The position numbers and the translations under genes were made by a program. Shown piece by piece: positions 1-12,877 of a stretch of 64,000 nt of DNA (positions within the stretch are counted from its first letter, which is position 1; every line of letters starts with the position of its first letter). The notes below the pieces were generated by a model. It saw nothing but the letters and a program-made list of their open reading frames with translations. It was not told the DNA's origin and ran no database searches. Source of the stretch: Trichosphaerium sp. ATCC 40318 (taxonomy: Eukaryota; Protista; Tubulinea); contig JALMLS010000420.1 in the NCBI GenBank assembly GCA_038496445.1, positions 310,001 through 374,000 on the forward strand, in the 5' to 3' direction.

Positions 1-3000
1 CGCTTTTCTCGTCTTTTCTTAACACGATCACGCTCTTCATCCTCAGTAACACCAGGACTAATAAGAAAGTAAGTATACGCAAGCAATAAACACAAAAAAA
101 CTGAAAGAAAAAAAATCAAAAAGCAAAAAGAAAGAACTTACCGCCATCGTCTTGCACGATGCTTATTCTGCTTATGAATGATACGTTTAATCTCATCAGG
201 ATCCTTGATAATCTCATGAACCTCTCTTTCAGTACCATCCCGACCAATCTCCTTTCTGACTCTCTTAAGTACACGTCTACCACTCTGAATACCCTTCAAA
301 AAGTCGTCCAAGTTCTTATCAGTTAATTCATTAAGAGCAGAAATATCTTGGTTTTTGAACTTTGGCCTTGACCCTGGCCTTCCAGAAGGTCCATCTTCCA
401 TCATTGTAAGCTGTAGTAAGTCATCCATATGCTTCTTCTCGGAATCAGCATCAATCTCATCACCATCGTCACCTCCAAGAACATTCTTTAAACGTCTTGG
501 TGCTCGTTTCTTTTTTGATTTTTTGGCTAAAGCTGAGGTAACCTCATCGAGGAACTGACTGTAATCCTCATCTTCTTCATCTTCTTCTTCAGAAGAGAAC
601 ATAGGATCAGTCTCACTCAAAGCACGTATTTGATTATCAAAGATTGCTTGACAAGTATCATTGTATTGTTGCTGATGCATTGCAACACTTTTACGTTTAT
701 GACGTGCGAATTTGAGCACATCTTCACGCTCTTCACCGGCTTCTTTGGCGCGGTTAGATAGGATCCTAACCATGGCAATACGATCCCAACGACCAAGTTT
801 TGCGATAGCTGCATCTCTCATACCAAGTTCCAGCAGTACGTTACGAGCATGTTCAAGAGATAATTTACGTAAATCAGCTGATGTTCCAGTAACATTTGTC
901 TTGGTCTTTGGTTCTTTTGTTGCACCTGTAGATGCCGTAGAGGCTTTTTGGGCCATACGGACATAACTAAAGGCTTCGCCACGCTGACCTGAAGGGTCAC
1001 CAAAACCGGTTAATTGAAGTAGACCTTTTCCACTCACAGCAGTCAAGAAATTGCTAGAAATCAACTTTGTTAGCTTCAAGTTTTTTTTCAGAAACATTAA
1101 CAAAGTACCTTGTGAGATTCCAAGGTGTGAGTTGCAGTGTCTTTAATATATACTCAGCTGATTCTTTAGAAGTGCCAGGTTTTATATCACGTTCAAAATT
1201 TTGTACACAAGTGATAAGAGCAGGTGTAACATTGTTCAAACGTTCCTATAATTAAAAAACAATTAAAACGAAGAATTGTAATAACAGACCGGTTGTAAAT
1301 CTCTATACATACCACACCAGCTTCATGAACACGCTGTATTCCCGCAGCCATAGCTTCGTATTGACATACCATCTCAGGTGATACCATACCTTGAATATCT
1401 TCCTCGGAAGGTATCTGAAAACCGGCTTTTAAAACCCAACTTCCGCTCTCATCACCACCACGTTGAAAGGTTGAACAGTACTAAAACAAATCATAAGCAA
1501 TCAGAGGAGAAGTACACGTTTTGAACTCACCTTCAGCCGTTTACGAATTGAGTTATCAGAGTTACCAGGAAAACTTTTTGAAATATCGCTAATTTTCACA
1601 GCAGGTAATGCTTTGAACTTTTGTCTGCTTTTCTTTGCTCTGAATTCGCGATAAACTCGAGCTTGAAGTCTCATTTTGATATAATCATTAGAACTACGAG
1701 AATTTGGTGCCCAGACCTACACGAGAAAAAGAGTGTAAGCAAGGAACAAAGAAAGAAAAGACACCATGAAACAGAAAAGAAAATACGTACCTCAGTGCAT
1801 GGTTGGCATTGACCAACACAGTAGACGGCTGGTATCTCTCTTATGATTATACGATCACCACTACGAACCAACAAGAAGTCTGTTTCTCTTGGTGTATGAG
1901 CAAACATTGGCGCTTTGTAAAGATTATTCTCAAGACTTTGAAGCGCAGTTCCAGGTCTTATATCACCAACAAAAGGAGACCTAACCTCAGGCTCTAAAAA
2001 TACATCCTTGCCGTCCTTGAACTAACAAACAACAGTCAAAAAAACCTGCTAACAAATAGCCAAAGAAAAGTACAAGACACGCACATCTAACTCCTTCACT
2101 TCACCTTTATGTTGTTTTCTGTAGTAGTTCTGGATACGACTACCCATACCAACAATCCCAAGAATTGGTGGATGTTCTTCAACATACTCACATAAAATAA
2201 CACGTCCTTCACGTGCTGATAGATCCTTACGTTTCTTCATAACTAAAACATAAATCAAAACAATACAAATCAGAGCAAAAAAAAAGCAAGTGTCTACAAC
2301 TCAAATGCGTGTGGACGTACCAGCTACGCTTGAGACAATACGTCTACGTTTCGTCTTGGCTCCAAGACGAACTTTATGAGTACCACGCCTCAAGTGGAGC
2401 CTTGGACGGTTATAGTAGTGTAGTTCTTCCTGAGTTTGGAACGTTTTTGCTGTGAGAAGTCGCAATGCAGGTTGTGAGTGAGCTACACCTGCTTGTTGCA
2501 AAGGTTTTACATCCTTTGTTGTTCTCAAGGCGTAATATGCGTCATTTGATAGGTTGAAAGGATCAACATCTTTCAAGTCTTCTTGGACTTGTTGCAAAGC
2601 ATCGTGGTTGTTTAGAGTACCTAGCAAGTTGATGAGTAATGAGGAAATACTGTGGTTTAGAATAGAGTCATTTTAGACGAACCTGGCATTTGAAGTAGAC
2701 GTCTTTTTGGTCTCTTCTTCTTTTTTTCTGGTTGACCTTTGTTTTGGACTTTGACAGGCTTGGTTTCTACTTTCTTCGCGTGAGGAAGGTGAAAGACCAT
2801 ATTTTCGTCGTTTAGATCTAATAAACAGTAAGTAAATATCAATAGGATAGTGAGTGTGATGAGAGTAATAAATAAAACCATAATTTCTTTAATCCCAAAC
2901 AAACTATCGCTTTGTGTTTGCTTCTTCGAGCGTACCAAGAATCAAATTAGTATTTACAGGTTTCTCAGGTTCTTTATCATTATCCCAAATAACAGACTTT

Positions 3001-4680
3001 GTCCAGTCACCACTCTCCAACTCAGAATTCAATGGAGAAAAAATTGAATACTTCATTTCTTTCAAAGCATCTATTTTCTTTGCGGGCATTTGAGGTGCCA
3101 TTGGTTGTTGTGTTGGCTCTGGACGATATCCAGGCATACCAACAACATTAGTATGAGCAGGTGTCTAAACAACAAGTCATTTAAATACAAGACAACGAAA
3201 AAAGGGAGGGTACCTGCTGAGCACGAGGTGTTTGTTGTACGAACTGTTGTTGTGCTTTTTTCTTTGTACGGTCTTGCATCTGTTGTTTGCGTACTTGCTG
3301 TTTACGCTGTATACGCGCAGGGCCCCAAGCTTCTGTTGACACATCACATTTGATAGATGGTAATCTAGACTGTAAAACAATGTTAAAGTGGTGACAAGTT
3401 AAAATTGAGGAAGGACCAAAAAAAAATGGTTTTGTGTGACATACGGTGTCGTTTTCTTCTATGTCAAACATCATTATTTCCTCTGAATCACTCTCTTCGC
3501 CATCATACTCTTTAGTATATTCCTCTAGGTCATAACTGTCCAATGTTTTCATGCTACAAATCGTAAGAATCAAGCAAAACAAATCAGAAGGCAAAAAAAC
3601 GGCAAAAAAAAACAAAAAAAGTAAATCGTACTCCGCTGCTGAAGAATCCCTCCATAAAATCTCATCTTCAAATGGCCATACATGCAGTGCATGTTGTATA
3701 GATTCAATCGTAGGAGAAAATACCCCTCTTGCTCCAAATAAAGATGAAACTCCATTCTCTGGTACAACAGATCCAACAGGAAGCCCTTCAACGGCTTGGT
3801 GTTGAACAACGATATTATCGCTAATACAATGACCAATGACACCATCATCTCGCTTTCTCTCTTTTTTATTCTTGCCATCTTGAATATTATCCATTTGCCT
3901 TGCAATAGACTCAAAAGTGATGACAGATGCGCTGTTAGTAGCAAATACAGCTTTTTCATCCGTTGCTTTATAAACTATTGGCGCATCGACTGTTTCAAAA
4001 TAAAAAGTTAAAAAAGAGCTGCTTCAAACAAGACGTTTGGACGCACTTGTCAAAGGCTTCTTTTTTAATTTCTTTTCTTCAAATAACTCCTTTGATATGT
4101 CATTGTCCACCTGAAACAGCTCGGTATACGCCAATATTACGCCGTCATCATCGTTTGCAATGGTAACTACATCATCTATGACTGGTACAGCGCCAACAAG
4201 TTTGACCTCGTCTTTCTCTAAATCATAGCGCTACAGAGGCATCAACACGCGAAACAAAGCTCAAATAGAAGCGCTATCAATCAGTTCAATTTACGCACAG
4301 TTGATCGCTGCCTGGAACTGTTACTCAAAGCGTCACCACCGCGAGCAGCCTGTCTAACGTTTATTTCTGTAACAAGGACAATTGTACTGTACCTTATCGT
4401 TTTCGGAATTGCTGGCGTTGGAAAGCTCACCAATGTCAACTTCTGAGTGGTATGAGGCATGTACGAACAGAATAAACAAAAATATTACCTGTTGAATTAC
4501 GTATGTCACCAACTTCGTCAGTGGCAGTCTCTATGGTCTTATGCGCTATCTGTGCCACATTACATTATGGTCAAGGCGGGATTTTTTGTTTACCGTAGTT
4601 TTTTGCGCCGGTTGTTGTGCTCCGTAAGCCGTGAGATCATACTCGCGTGAAGAACCATCCCCAGTTGCCATAAATAAGTT
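1..4680 (-). CDS. TAF1: TFIID subunit 1 (TAF1), multi-exon; 3' end runs off the window, 5' start uncertain
   Basis: Exon translations carry TAF1 central-domain motifs: LSAREGRVILCEYVEEHPPILGIVGMGSRIQNYYRK, ETDFLLVRS, LQLTPWNLTSNF, LLQLTGFGDPSGQRGEAFSY, GTSADLRKLSL, LGRWDRIAMVR. Many GT-AG introns. Confidence 0.95.
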
Positions 4681-6329
4681 CTATCAACACTTTTCGTCAG
4701 TTTTTTTTAACTACATACTCCTGCGCAATAGAGGGAAGCAAAATATGAACACAAACAGTAAAACGATCGCGAAGGGAAAAAATAGCTCTGGAAACGAGCG
4801 AAACTCAAAAAAACGCATAGCATACGTGGTATTAAATTTTTAAGGGTTCTTTGGAGTGGATTATTCTTGGCTTTGTTCTGAAGAGCTTGAAATGGCTTAA
4901 TAATCTGGACTTAATCAACACCAATTTGACGACAACTTTACTGATGTCGCAACGCAACAATTTTTTTGTGGTTTTTGTATTTTCGTCGTCTGAGTTCGCT
5001 GTAGCTTTATTAAACCTTTTCCACAAATACGCACTTTAACTGCCTAATCGTCTTTGAGACTTACAGAGCGTATTTGTAGCGACTAATTGTGTACCTACTT
5101 CTCCATTGGTGTTTCGGCGCACAAAAACGAGGCACCCGCTCTAGTTCTACCCATTTGGTACCCGTTGGTCGCGTATGCGCATAGTCTTTGTTTTAAATTG
5201 AAATCAAGGCTTCACATAGTAGAAAGGACAGCCACATAACCAAAATACCGACAACGTTTAAAAAATAATTGTACAATAACTTTACTTACACAAATTTGCT
5301 ACTCTTTTTTTTTCCCAAAACCTAGCCATACATACAAGTTCATTGCAAATTCCACTCGACGAGACACTCTCTTATAGTAGTGCCTTAGTCTCACGGATGC
5401 CAACTTCGAAGAAGCACTCTGTGATCACCAAAAAAAGTTTAGAAAGTGCAAAAGAAAAAACCGAACAACAAGTTGTTGGCTTTTCTCATTTTTCTATTTT
5501 TCCTTTTTTTTGTTGTGGCAATAATCAACGCCAATAGGACGTTTCTACCATCGGAGAATCCCCACCACCGAACCCAAAGCCATTCTCAAAGGGAGTGACC
5601 TGAAGGTTGACATTGAGGAGATTGCAACGATAGTGTATATTATGTATTGCGATTTACGCAATTGGTAAGTACATTGTCCCCATTCGGCTTCTTTGATTGC
5701 GCCTTTCGCTTTCGCTAAAGGGCAATACATTCCAAAGAAGCCAAGCGGACGCCCACAAACGAAAAAAAAAACCCGCAAAGTCCAATTTACCTTCATCAAA
5801 TAAAAGCTTTTACAAAGGCGAAGGTTTACAAAAAACAAAGAGGACATAAAAAAAAAAGGTTAAAAAAAGGCGTCCTAGGGGATTATTAATAAAGATGGCA
5901 ATACTTACCTGGTTCGTGCAGTTACGGGCTTCGTACTGCAGGTTTGGGATTCTTCTTTCTTTGGTCCATCCAAAGCGGTAAAATCATTCCTAATGGCGCC
6001 GGCGGCGCTCACGTGCTTGTTTCTTAATGCTGGATCGTGCATCGATTGTATTTAAACAAACGACGCGATCGGCTTTAAGGTGATGCCACATCGTGATCAG
6101 CAGGTGTTGTTTGCTTGTAGTTAAAGAAATAGATCAGGGCGTTTATGATTGGGTAAAAATGGTGTTCTGAGGACTTGGAGAATTGGCGAAGCGTTTTCTG
6201 ATCGCAAACACGTACAGCTGACTAACACAGCATTGTGTAGGGGCACGTTAACTTGCTGGTTGAAATCAGGGCTGTACAGCGAGTGCCTAACAAAAAAAAC
6301 AAAGCCGAGAAAAAGAATAAAAAAAAACT

Positions 6330-7771
6330 TATCGAACCTGCCAGAGAAGAGGAAAAAAAATTTGTGTAGGAGGATACTCTAATAGGTGCGAATAACCGCG
6401 GGCGTTTGTGAATATGTGTGGTGTCTGGTGAGTTTTCGATAGCTCGTTTTCTTCTTGCAAGTAGAACAGAGCGCATAGCTGGTTTACCTTCATTAGCGAA
6501 AGCCCATTTTAAGACACCTCGGCGTAGAAGAGAAAGGACCTCTGTAGATAATTCCTGCTGGGCGCGTTTGAATACTTTGGCGAGTATAGGTTTGCGTAAA
6601 GTAAGAAAAGCAGAATCATCAATGATGTTTCCGAGGTGAAGTATAAAATAAGTCTCACAGATGTTAGAGAACTCTGAGTTGGGAAAAGCTGAGGTAACTG
6701 CATTCCAAACTTTCGGGAGGTTACTTGGAGTCAAAGTATTCACAATGTGGTCCTTTACGAGCTGAGCAAGCCTCGGTAGACAAAAGTATACCGCAACCTT
6801 TGTACCACAAATTAATAAGAAAATTATGCTTATATGTTGTTAGCTCACCCGACAAAGCTCCCATAACGGCCAATCTTGTACGCGTTTAAACGCATCCAAA
6901 TCAGGAAAACTCTGTATCTGATCTGTGTAAAGAAACTCAACGACAAAGCGAAAGATGGAAGGGTCAACGTCAGGTAAAGTTATACGTGATTCATCGGACT
7001 CTTGCATGCCGTTTAAAAGTAGCGACTGAAAGTAATCTGAGCGCGCAACTAAGATAGTTTTATGCAAGTGGAATTCTTTGTGTGGCAAGCCAACAACAAA
7101 CGTGACGTCGGACAATCGGCTATCATCGAGCAAACCTTGCATGTCATGGGAAAGAGGAGTTTGTAGTTGTTGTGGAGTTTCAGGGTCTTGTTGCTCGATT
7201 TTTGGAACGACAGCTTCGACTGGTGGTGTGATAGGTCGCGGAGAACCAATTTTTAAAGGGTAATGTACAATGGACTCAAAACTGTTGAGCGTAACGATTC
7301 TAGTACAGATAAGTGGTTTGGCACGTATGGAATTTGGTATACAAGTTTTGCGAAAAAGATCTGTCTCAACCGCGCAATTTGATCAAATAGCCAAACTGCA
7401 ATTCGCAAACGAAAAGGATAAACAGTTACGACGCACCTCTGGTTATTAAAGCGCGATAAAGTGTGTATTGCGTAATCAGTTAGTTTTACAATGTCCATAG
7501 CTTGCATCTGTGCAATTTTAGAGTTCAGAGACGGCCAAGCAAGGGCTTTAAGTGAATGTTTAGAATCAGACAGTGTAACAGCATAGCGCTCCTTTGGAGC
7601 GCCGTTATTACGCCAATTGGTGTCCAGTTTCTTGATTTGAACAACTTGTAAAATAGGTTTAGTCTGTTTCTCTTTGTGTAAACTAGCTGGGTCGTTTGCA
7701 GCTGAAACTTCGGATGTGGTTGAAGAGATGGTCTCTATCCACCCTTCAGAAAGGGACAAGGTGAAAGCCAT
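6330..7771 (-). CDS. RPA70 N-terminal OB-fold + BTB/POZ domain protein (3-4 exons)
   Basis: Exon 7437-7771 (LSEGWI...KPILQVVQIK...ERYAVTLSDS) resembles RPA1-N. A phase-2 intron at 7300-7436 joins it in frame to IVTLNSFE...KIGSP, then a BTB domain (SDVTFVVG...FHLHKTILVARSDYFQSLL...MQES). Intron 6798-6848 follows. 3' end ambiguous (6330 or 6222). Confidence 0.85.
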
Positions 7772-7997
7772 TAGTTGTTGTAGAAAGCGCGAAGAGAAGT
7801 TTGAAATGTGACTTAAAACAGCTACAAGTTTAAGTACACACTTTAGGCGTACGTGGGTTAGACATACGTTTTCGTACACCGGACTGCCTAATGGGTTCGT
7901 TGAAAGAGGGAGCAGCAATGGATTTTGCCAAAATTTCGTCAAAAAAAATGTAAAAATTCTGAATAATTCTTGTCGTACATAACATAACGCAGACGCA

Positions 7998-10387
7998 ATG
8001 GCTCTTAAACTAATTAACCGTCCCCAAGAGCTTTTAAAAGAAGGTTCCCAACACCTTTCTGGCCTTGAAGAGGCAATTTTGAAAAACATCAAAGCCGTGC
8101 GTGAATTAACCGCCATGACGCGTACATGTTTCGGACCAAACGGTAAGGCGCCGGTTTCTCACTTTTGGGTGGCTGATCAGTTGTTGTGAAGGGATGAACA
8201 AGATGATCATCAATAAGATCCAAAAACTGCTTGTTACGAGCGATGCCGCTACTGTGGTAAAAGAGGTCGATATTATTCACCCTGCTGCCAAGTTATGCGT
8301 TATGGCAGCTGAGATGCAGGAAAAAGAGGTAACGCGCTTTAATTAGTAATATGTAGTACGCTGACAGCGTATTATGATAGATTGGCGATGCGACTAATCT
8401 CGTGTTGGTTTTTGCTGGCCAATTGTTACAAACCGCTCAAGAATTGATCTTGTCCGCCGGATTACACCCTACAGATATTATTTCGGGATACGAAAAGGCT
8501 TTTGCGCTAACAGAAAAGATCGTTGAGTGTACGCTTTATAACTTTTCTTCCTTTTTGACATCTGACGTCCTCCAAAGCACTTGTCGCTACCCAAGTCAAA
8601 GACATCCGCAATAACAAAGAAGTTGGTACAGTACTCCGTGCTTCAATTGCCTCAAAGCAATACGGCTTCCAAGACACCCTTGTTCCTCTTATCGCACAAG
8701 CTTGCACTCAAATATGCCCTAAAAACTCAAAAATGTTCAATGTTGACAATGTCAGAGTTGTTAAAATGTTGGGTGGTGCTGTATCTGACAGTCAAGTATT
8801 CAAAGGAATGGTTTTCGATAGACCAGTCGAAGGTACGCAAAAATTTTATTTTTTCAAAGCTTGTTCGTTAATGATTCTCGCAGGAACTGTTCGCGTAGCA
8901 AACAAGGCTAAAATCTGCATTTTTGCCATGGGTATTGATGCTTCTAAGACAGAATCTACTGGTGTATACCGTATTACAACCAAAGCAGGTTTACTCAACG
9001 CTAACAAAGGCGAAGAGCAATCCATTGAGACTGTACGTGCTTTTGAAAACCAGATCACAATATTTTTTCTTTTTGTCTCTACGCGTTTACCGTTCAAACA
9101 AAATGGTAAAAAAATACTACGTAACTGTTTGCTCTAAAGGGTAGAGGTGTAATCTTGTGTTTTTCTTGTTTGGCTATTTATTTACGTTTTTTCTTTTTGT
9201 AGTTGGTTAAAGAGATCGCCTCCGCTGGTGTTAACGTAGTTGTTGCTGGTGGTACTATTTCAGAGATGGCGATGCATTTCTTTGAGAAACACAAGCTCTT
9301 GGTTTTCAAAATCAATTCGAAGTTCCAATTGCGCCGTTTGTGCCGTGCAGTAAAAGCTGTACCTCTTGTCCGATTGGTACGTTAAAAAAAAACTAGAAAA
9401 AGTGCATATCTCTAACAGCCTTCATTTTAGGGTAAACCAACCCCAGAAGAAATTGGCGAATGCGATAAAGTGTACCAGACCGAAATTGCATCACGAAAGT
9501 GTGTTGTATTTGCACAAGACAACGTTAGTACAATTTTTTGATAAAAATTCAACAATTGGTTAATATTAACGATCTCGCGTGTAGGAATCTTCTCGTGTAT
9601 CTACTCTCCTCATTCGTGCTGCCACACGTAATGTACTTGATGACATTGAGCGTGCTATCGGTACGACTAACTACAAAAATTAAAAAATACTAATACATCA
9701 TAGATGATGGCGTAAACGTTTACAAAGCACTTTGCGGTGACCAACGCTTTGTTGCTGGTGCTGGCGCAACTGAAGTTGAGCTTGCTATGCTAATTAAACA
9801 AGAGGCCGACAAGACTCCATCAACTGAACAAGGAGCTATTAAGGGCTTCGGAACATCTCTAGAGATTGTTCCTGTAACATTGGCCGAAAATGCCGGTTAC
9901 AAGGCCATTCACTTGCTCTCTGAGTTGTATGCTGCTCATGCTAAGGAAGACGGTAAGCACGTCGGATTAGATGTCGAGAACGGTTCTGTAGCAGACGCCA
10001 AAAAACTCGAAGTTTTTGATCATTTGGCATCCAAACTTCAGGTTCGTTATTTTTCTTCTTTTCTCCGTCCTCTCCAAAACTTTTTCTTTTTTTGACAATA
10101 TTCCATGATGATATCTATCATTCTAAGCTTATTACTGAATTACTGATGCTTGAGTTCCGCACTGACGAAATTATTTTAATTTACTTTACCTTGTTGAGCT
10201 TTAATTTGTTCATTTTGTTAAATTATACGCTTAGGCACTTCGTCTTGCTACCAACACCGCTGTGACTGTCTTGCGGATAGATCAAATTATTATGGCTCGT
10301 CCAGCAACCGGACCACCAGTACCAGGTCAAAACGGACCTCCACCAGGCATGGCTGGTATGATGGGCCCTGGAATGGACCCTTATTAA
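7998..10387 (+). CDS. CCT8: Chaperonin CCT subunit theta, multi-exon
   Basis: GLEEAILKNIKAVREL...RTCFGPNGMNKMIIN, ASKQYG, FNVDNVRVVK, SKFQLRRLCRAV, VLRIDQIIMARPA; canonical introns. Confidence 0.97.
10101..10170 (+). ncRNA. Intronic box C/D snoRNA in the last CCT8 intron
   Basis: Box C ATGATGA 10105-10111, D' CTGA 10135-10138, C'-like TGATGC 10144-10149, D CTGA 10162-10165, short TTC/GAA terminal stem. It lies in a 193-nt intron (10042-10234), much longer than its neighbours, about 70 nt from the 3' splice site. Confidence 0.75.
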
Positions 10388-10793
10388 AATAATAAACCCT
10401 TTCAATAAAACTTGTATAGCAGACATAGCTATGTGTTTTTTGTTTTACTCTAGGTCCTCAAAGGTAGCAAAAAAGTTGCTACAAGAAGATGAGTGTGTTG
10501 CAGCGTCCAGTTTTGTGATTCAAAGTACAGAATATCTGCACAAAAAAGGAACTAAGTCGAAAAGACGAAATTTCAAAAACTGTTTTTACAGCCGTAAAAA
10601 GGATGATATAAAGTCTGTAAGTGCACTGAAGTACTACCAAGCAACGTAATATCTTGCAATTAATACCTGATTTCGTAAAACGTAGAGCACAGGAGGTCCA
10701 AAAATGAATCAAAAAATGACTTAATAAAAAAAGAAGATTGTCCGTGAAACTAAAGAGTTTTGAGGGATACAGACGTTCGGTACATCTTCTTAG

Positions 10794-12877
10794 ATGAAAG
10801 TAGTCAGTATACTTTGCTTTTTAGTTGTGTACTTGGTATGTGTCTGTACAAAACCTACAAATAATATAGTGGTTTCTTTCCCTGCGCCTATAACGCGACA
10901 ATGTACGCGATCTTTTTGAGTAGTTGCTTTAAAGTTGAAACTCATTAGTATCTTTCCATGGACCCCAACTACTATTCAATGACGTTATTCGCATGCCAGG
11001 AAACGATACACAATGCGAAATGGTATGCACAAACAAAGTCAGAATGCCAACGGGGTTACAGATCTAAGGCTGCACCGTAATATATCTAGCGATAGTTTTA
11101 CGTGTGAAGCGCCTCTTTTTGCACAGAAGCCTTTTTTGCAAGTTCTTTCTAAATTTCCCTCTAATCGAGCTAAAAGGTTGATGATTCATACGAAGGTAAC
11201 GTTACTGGCTTAGTTGTATTCGCCAAGTTCGATTTTGTACCATTGGACAAACTGCTACGCGAAACTTTGGAAAAGATGGTAGGCACCCCCGCAGCCTTTC
11301 TCATAGGCACTTCAGACCAGTAAGTGTTATTTTTGGAAATAGCGTCAAAGAAATGCCGCCTTCAATCTTTCTTTTTTTTTTTTGCTAACTCCAATCCTAG
11401 TACGCCAGGTAGAGGTTTATTCCTCACAGATAAGCAATGGAAAGAACCAATACCTGTTTTTGAGATTGGTTTAGTCGCCTGTGTTGAAGTACAGAAAGAG
11501 TTACGAGACTACAAAAAACTAAACATATCCATATCCGGACAAGGTACAGAATAACATTATCCAGAGCAACTTTCTTTGTTTTTCCATTTTTGGATTTTAT
11601 GGATTTCTTAACATGAATAATGGAGAAATAGGTGAAAATGAGTTTGATGAATGGCGTAAGCATCCTGCTTCTTATGCTATCCAATATGGACTTGTTGTGT
11701 TTCCATGTAGTGCCGTACTTTTATACGTCTTGTATTTTGTATACATGTTCATCGTAAACAGAGAACGCTCCACCATACCATGGTTGGTGGTAACGTTTCA
11801 TATACTGGCTTTAGCACGTACGTGATCCTTTCAATTTCTCACGACTTTGTTCAACGTTCAGACTTGTTTCTACTAACAACTATGTATTTTTAGACTAATT
11901 AACCTGATTCTGTTTAGCTTGTGTCTTTCTGGGTGCAGATAATTTTATACGTGGATTATACCCAGCAACATTTTCAACTGCTCTAGTTGATAGCATGGTT
12001 CCACCTACAATCGTCAGCACCATTTTGATATCTTTGTATTGGTAACTAAATCGTGCTTGGTACTAACTAACTTTTTTGATAGGTATGAAAGTCTTACTGT
12101 AGCAGGGGTTAAGATTAATACTTTCTTAACAAAACATAAACTAGTATTCTACATAGCTTGTTGTGTACTTATACTACTATGGACTTCATTTGTATTCATT
12201 CGGATACTATGGCAAGTAATGTATGTTGACATTGTTTATGGTATAATGTATATCATTTTCGGCTTTGGTACGTAAAGTGTGAAGTGTTTGCAGAGTAGCT
12301 CGCTAACGGTTGATTTTAGCTATTGTCGTATTTTATGTTGTGACGTCAATTCGTATTCGATTTCGTTTGAGCCAAAACTCTAGCCCTAGTAGCAAAGTTA
12401 TTGTAAACAGAGTGCGTTAAATATTTAAGAGATTTTGCTTCATTTGCATTTTTCTCATTTTTTTATTACTACAAGATAACATTTGTTTGCTTTAGTTATT
12501 TTACCGTATCCTCGTCATAATCGCCGGCTACTTGTTTTACTTTATTGGATTTACTATTATCATAAGTGGTTATGGTAGTACACCACTAGGTACGGATAGT
12601 TTAAGTCATTCACATAGCGCTGATGTTGGTATTAGGGTATTCAACTGTTTCTTTATTGATATACAATTTTGCAGCTATAGTAGCAGTAGCACAAGTAATG
12701 GGATTTCATGGTAGGGTTCCGAACAAAACGTTCTCAAAAACGAGACAACAATCCGGAAGCTCTGGATTTATTGGTGGAGCTATGACTCCATGCAGAGCTA
12801 CAAATATCAGTAGTAGTCAAGAAAGCAGGGAGACCAATACTTCAGGAGGTATAGAGACTACCCGAAATGGTCTATAG
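10794..12877 (+). CDS. Signal peptide + extracellular (PA-like) domain + multi-pass 7TM-like protein, multi-exon
   Basis: Hydrophobic start MKVVSILCFLVVYL; WKEPIPVFEIG; several hydrophobic exons at 11680-12710; Ser/Thr-rich tail. Same layout as 51621-53680. Confidence 0.65.

Noticed and set aside
5397-5603. Antizyme-like short ORF ending ACC TGA
   Set aside because: The +1 frame hits a stop two codons later, and no antizyme ORF2 motifs are present.
5901-6070. Canonical U1 snRNA or 18S rRNA start (TACCTGGTT)
   Set aside because: No GAUCACGAAG loop near nt 30, no AUUGCAC loop, and no GATCCTGCCAG continuation. Kept only as an unresolved finding.
7253-8116. 287-aa ORF overlapping the CCT8 start
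   Set aside because: The first ~115 codons are antisense or intergenic read-through. The RPA70N similarity begins at ATG 7771.
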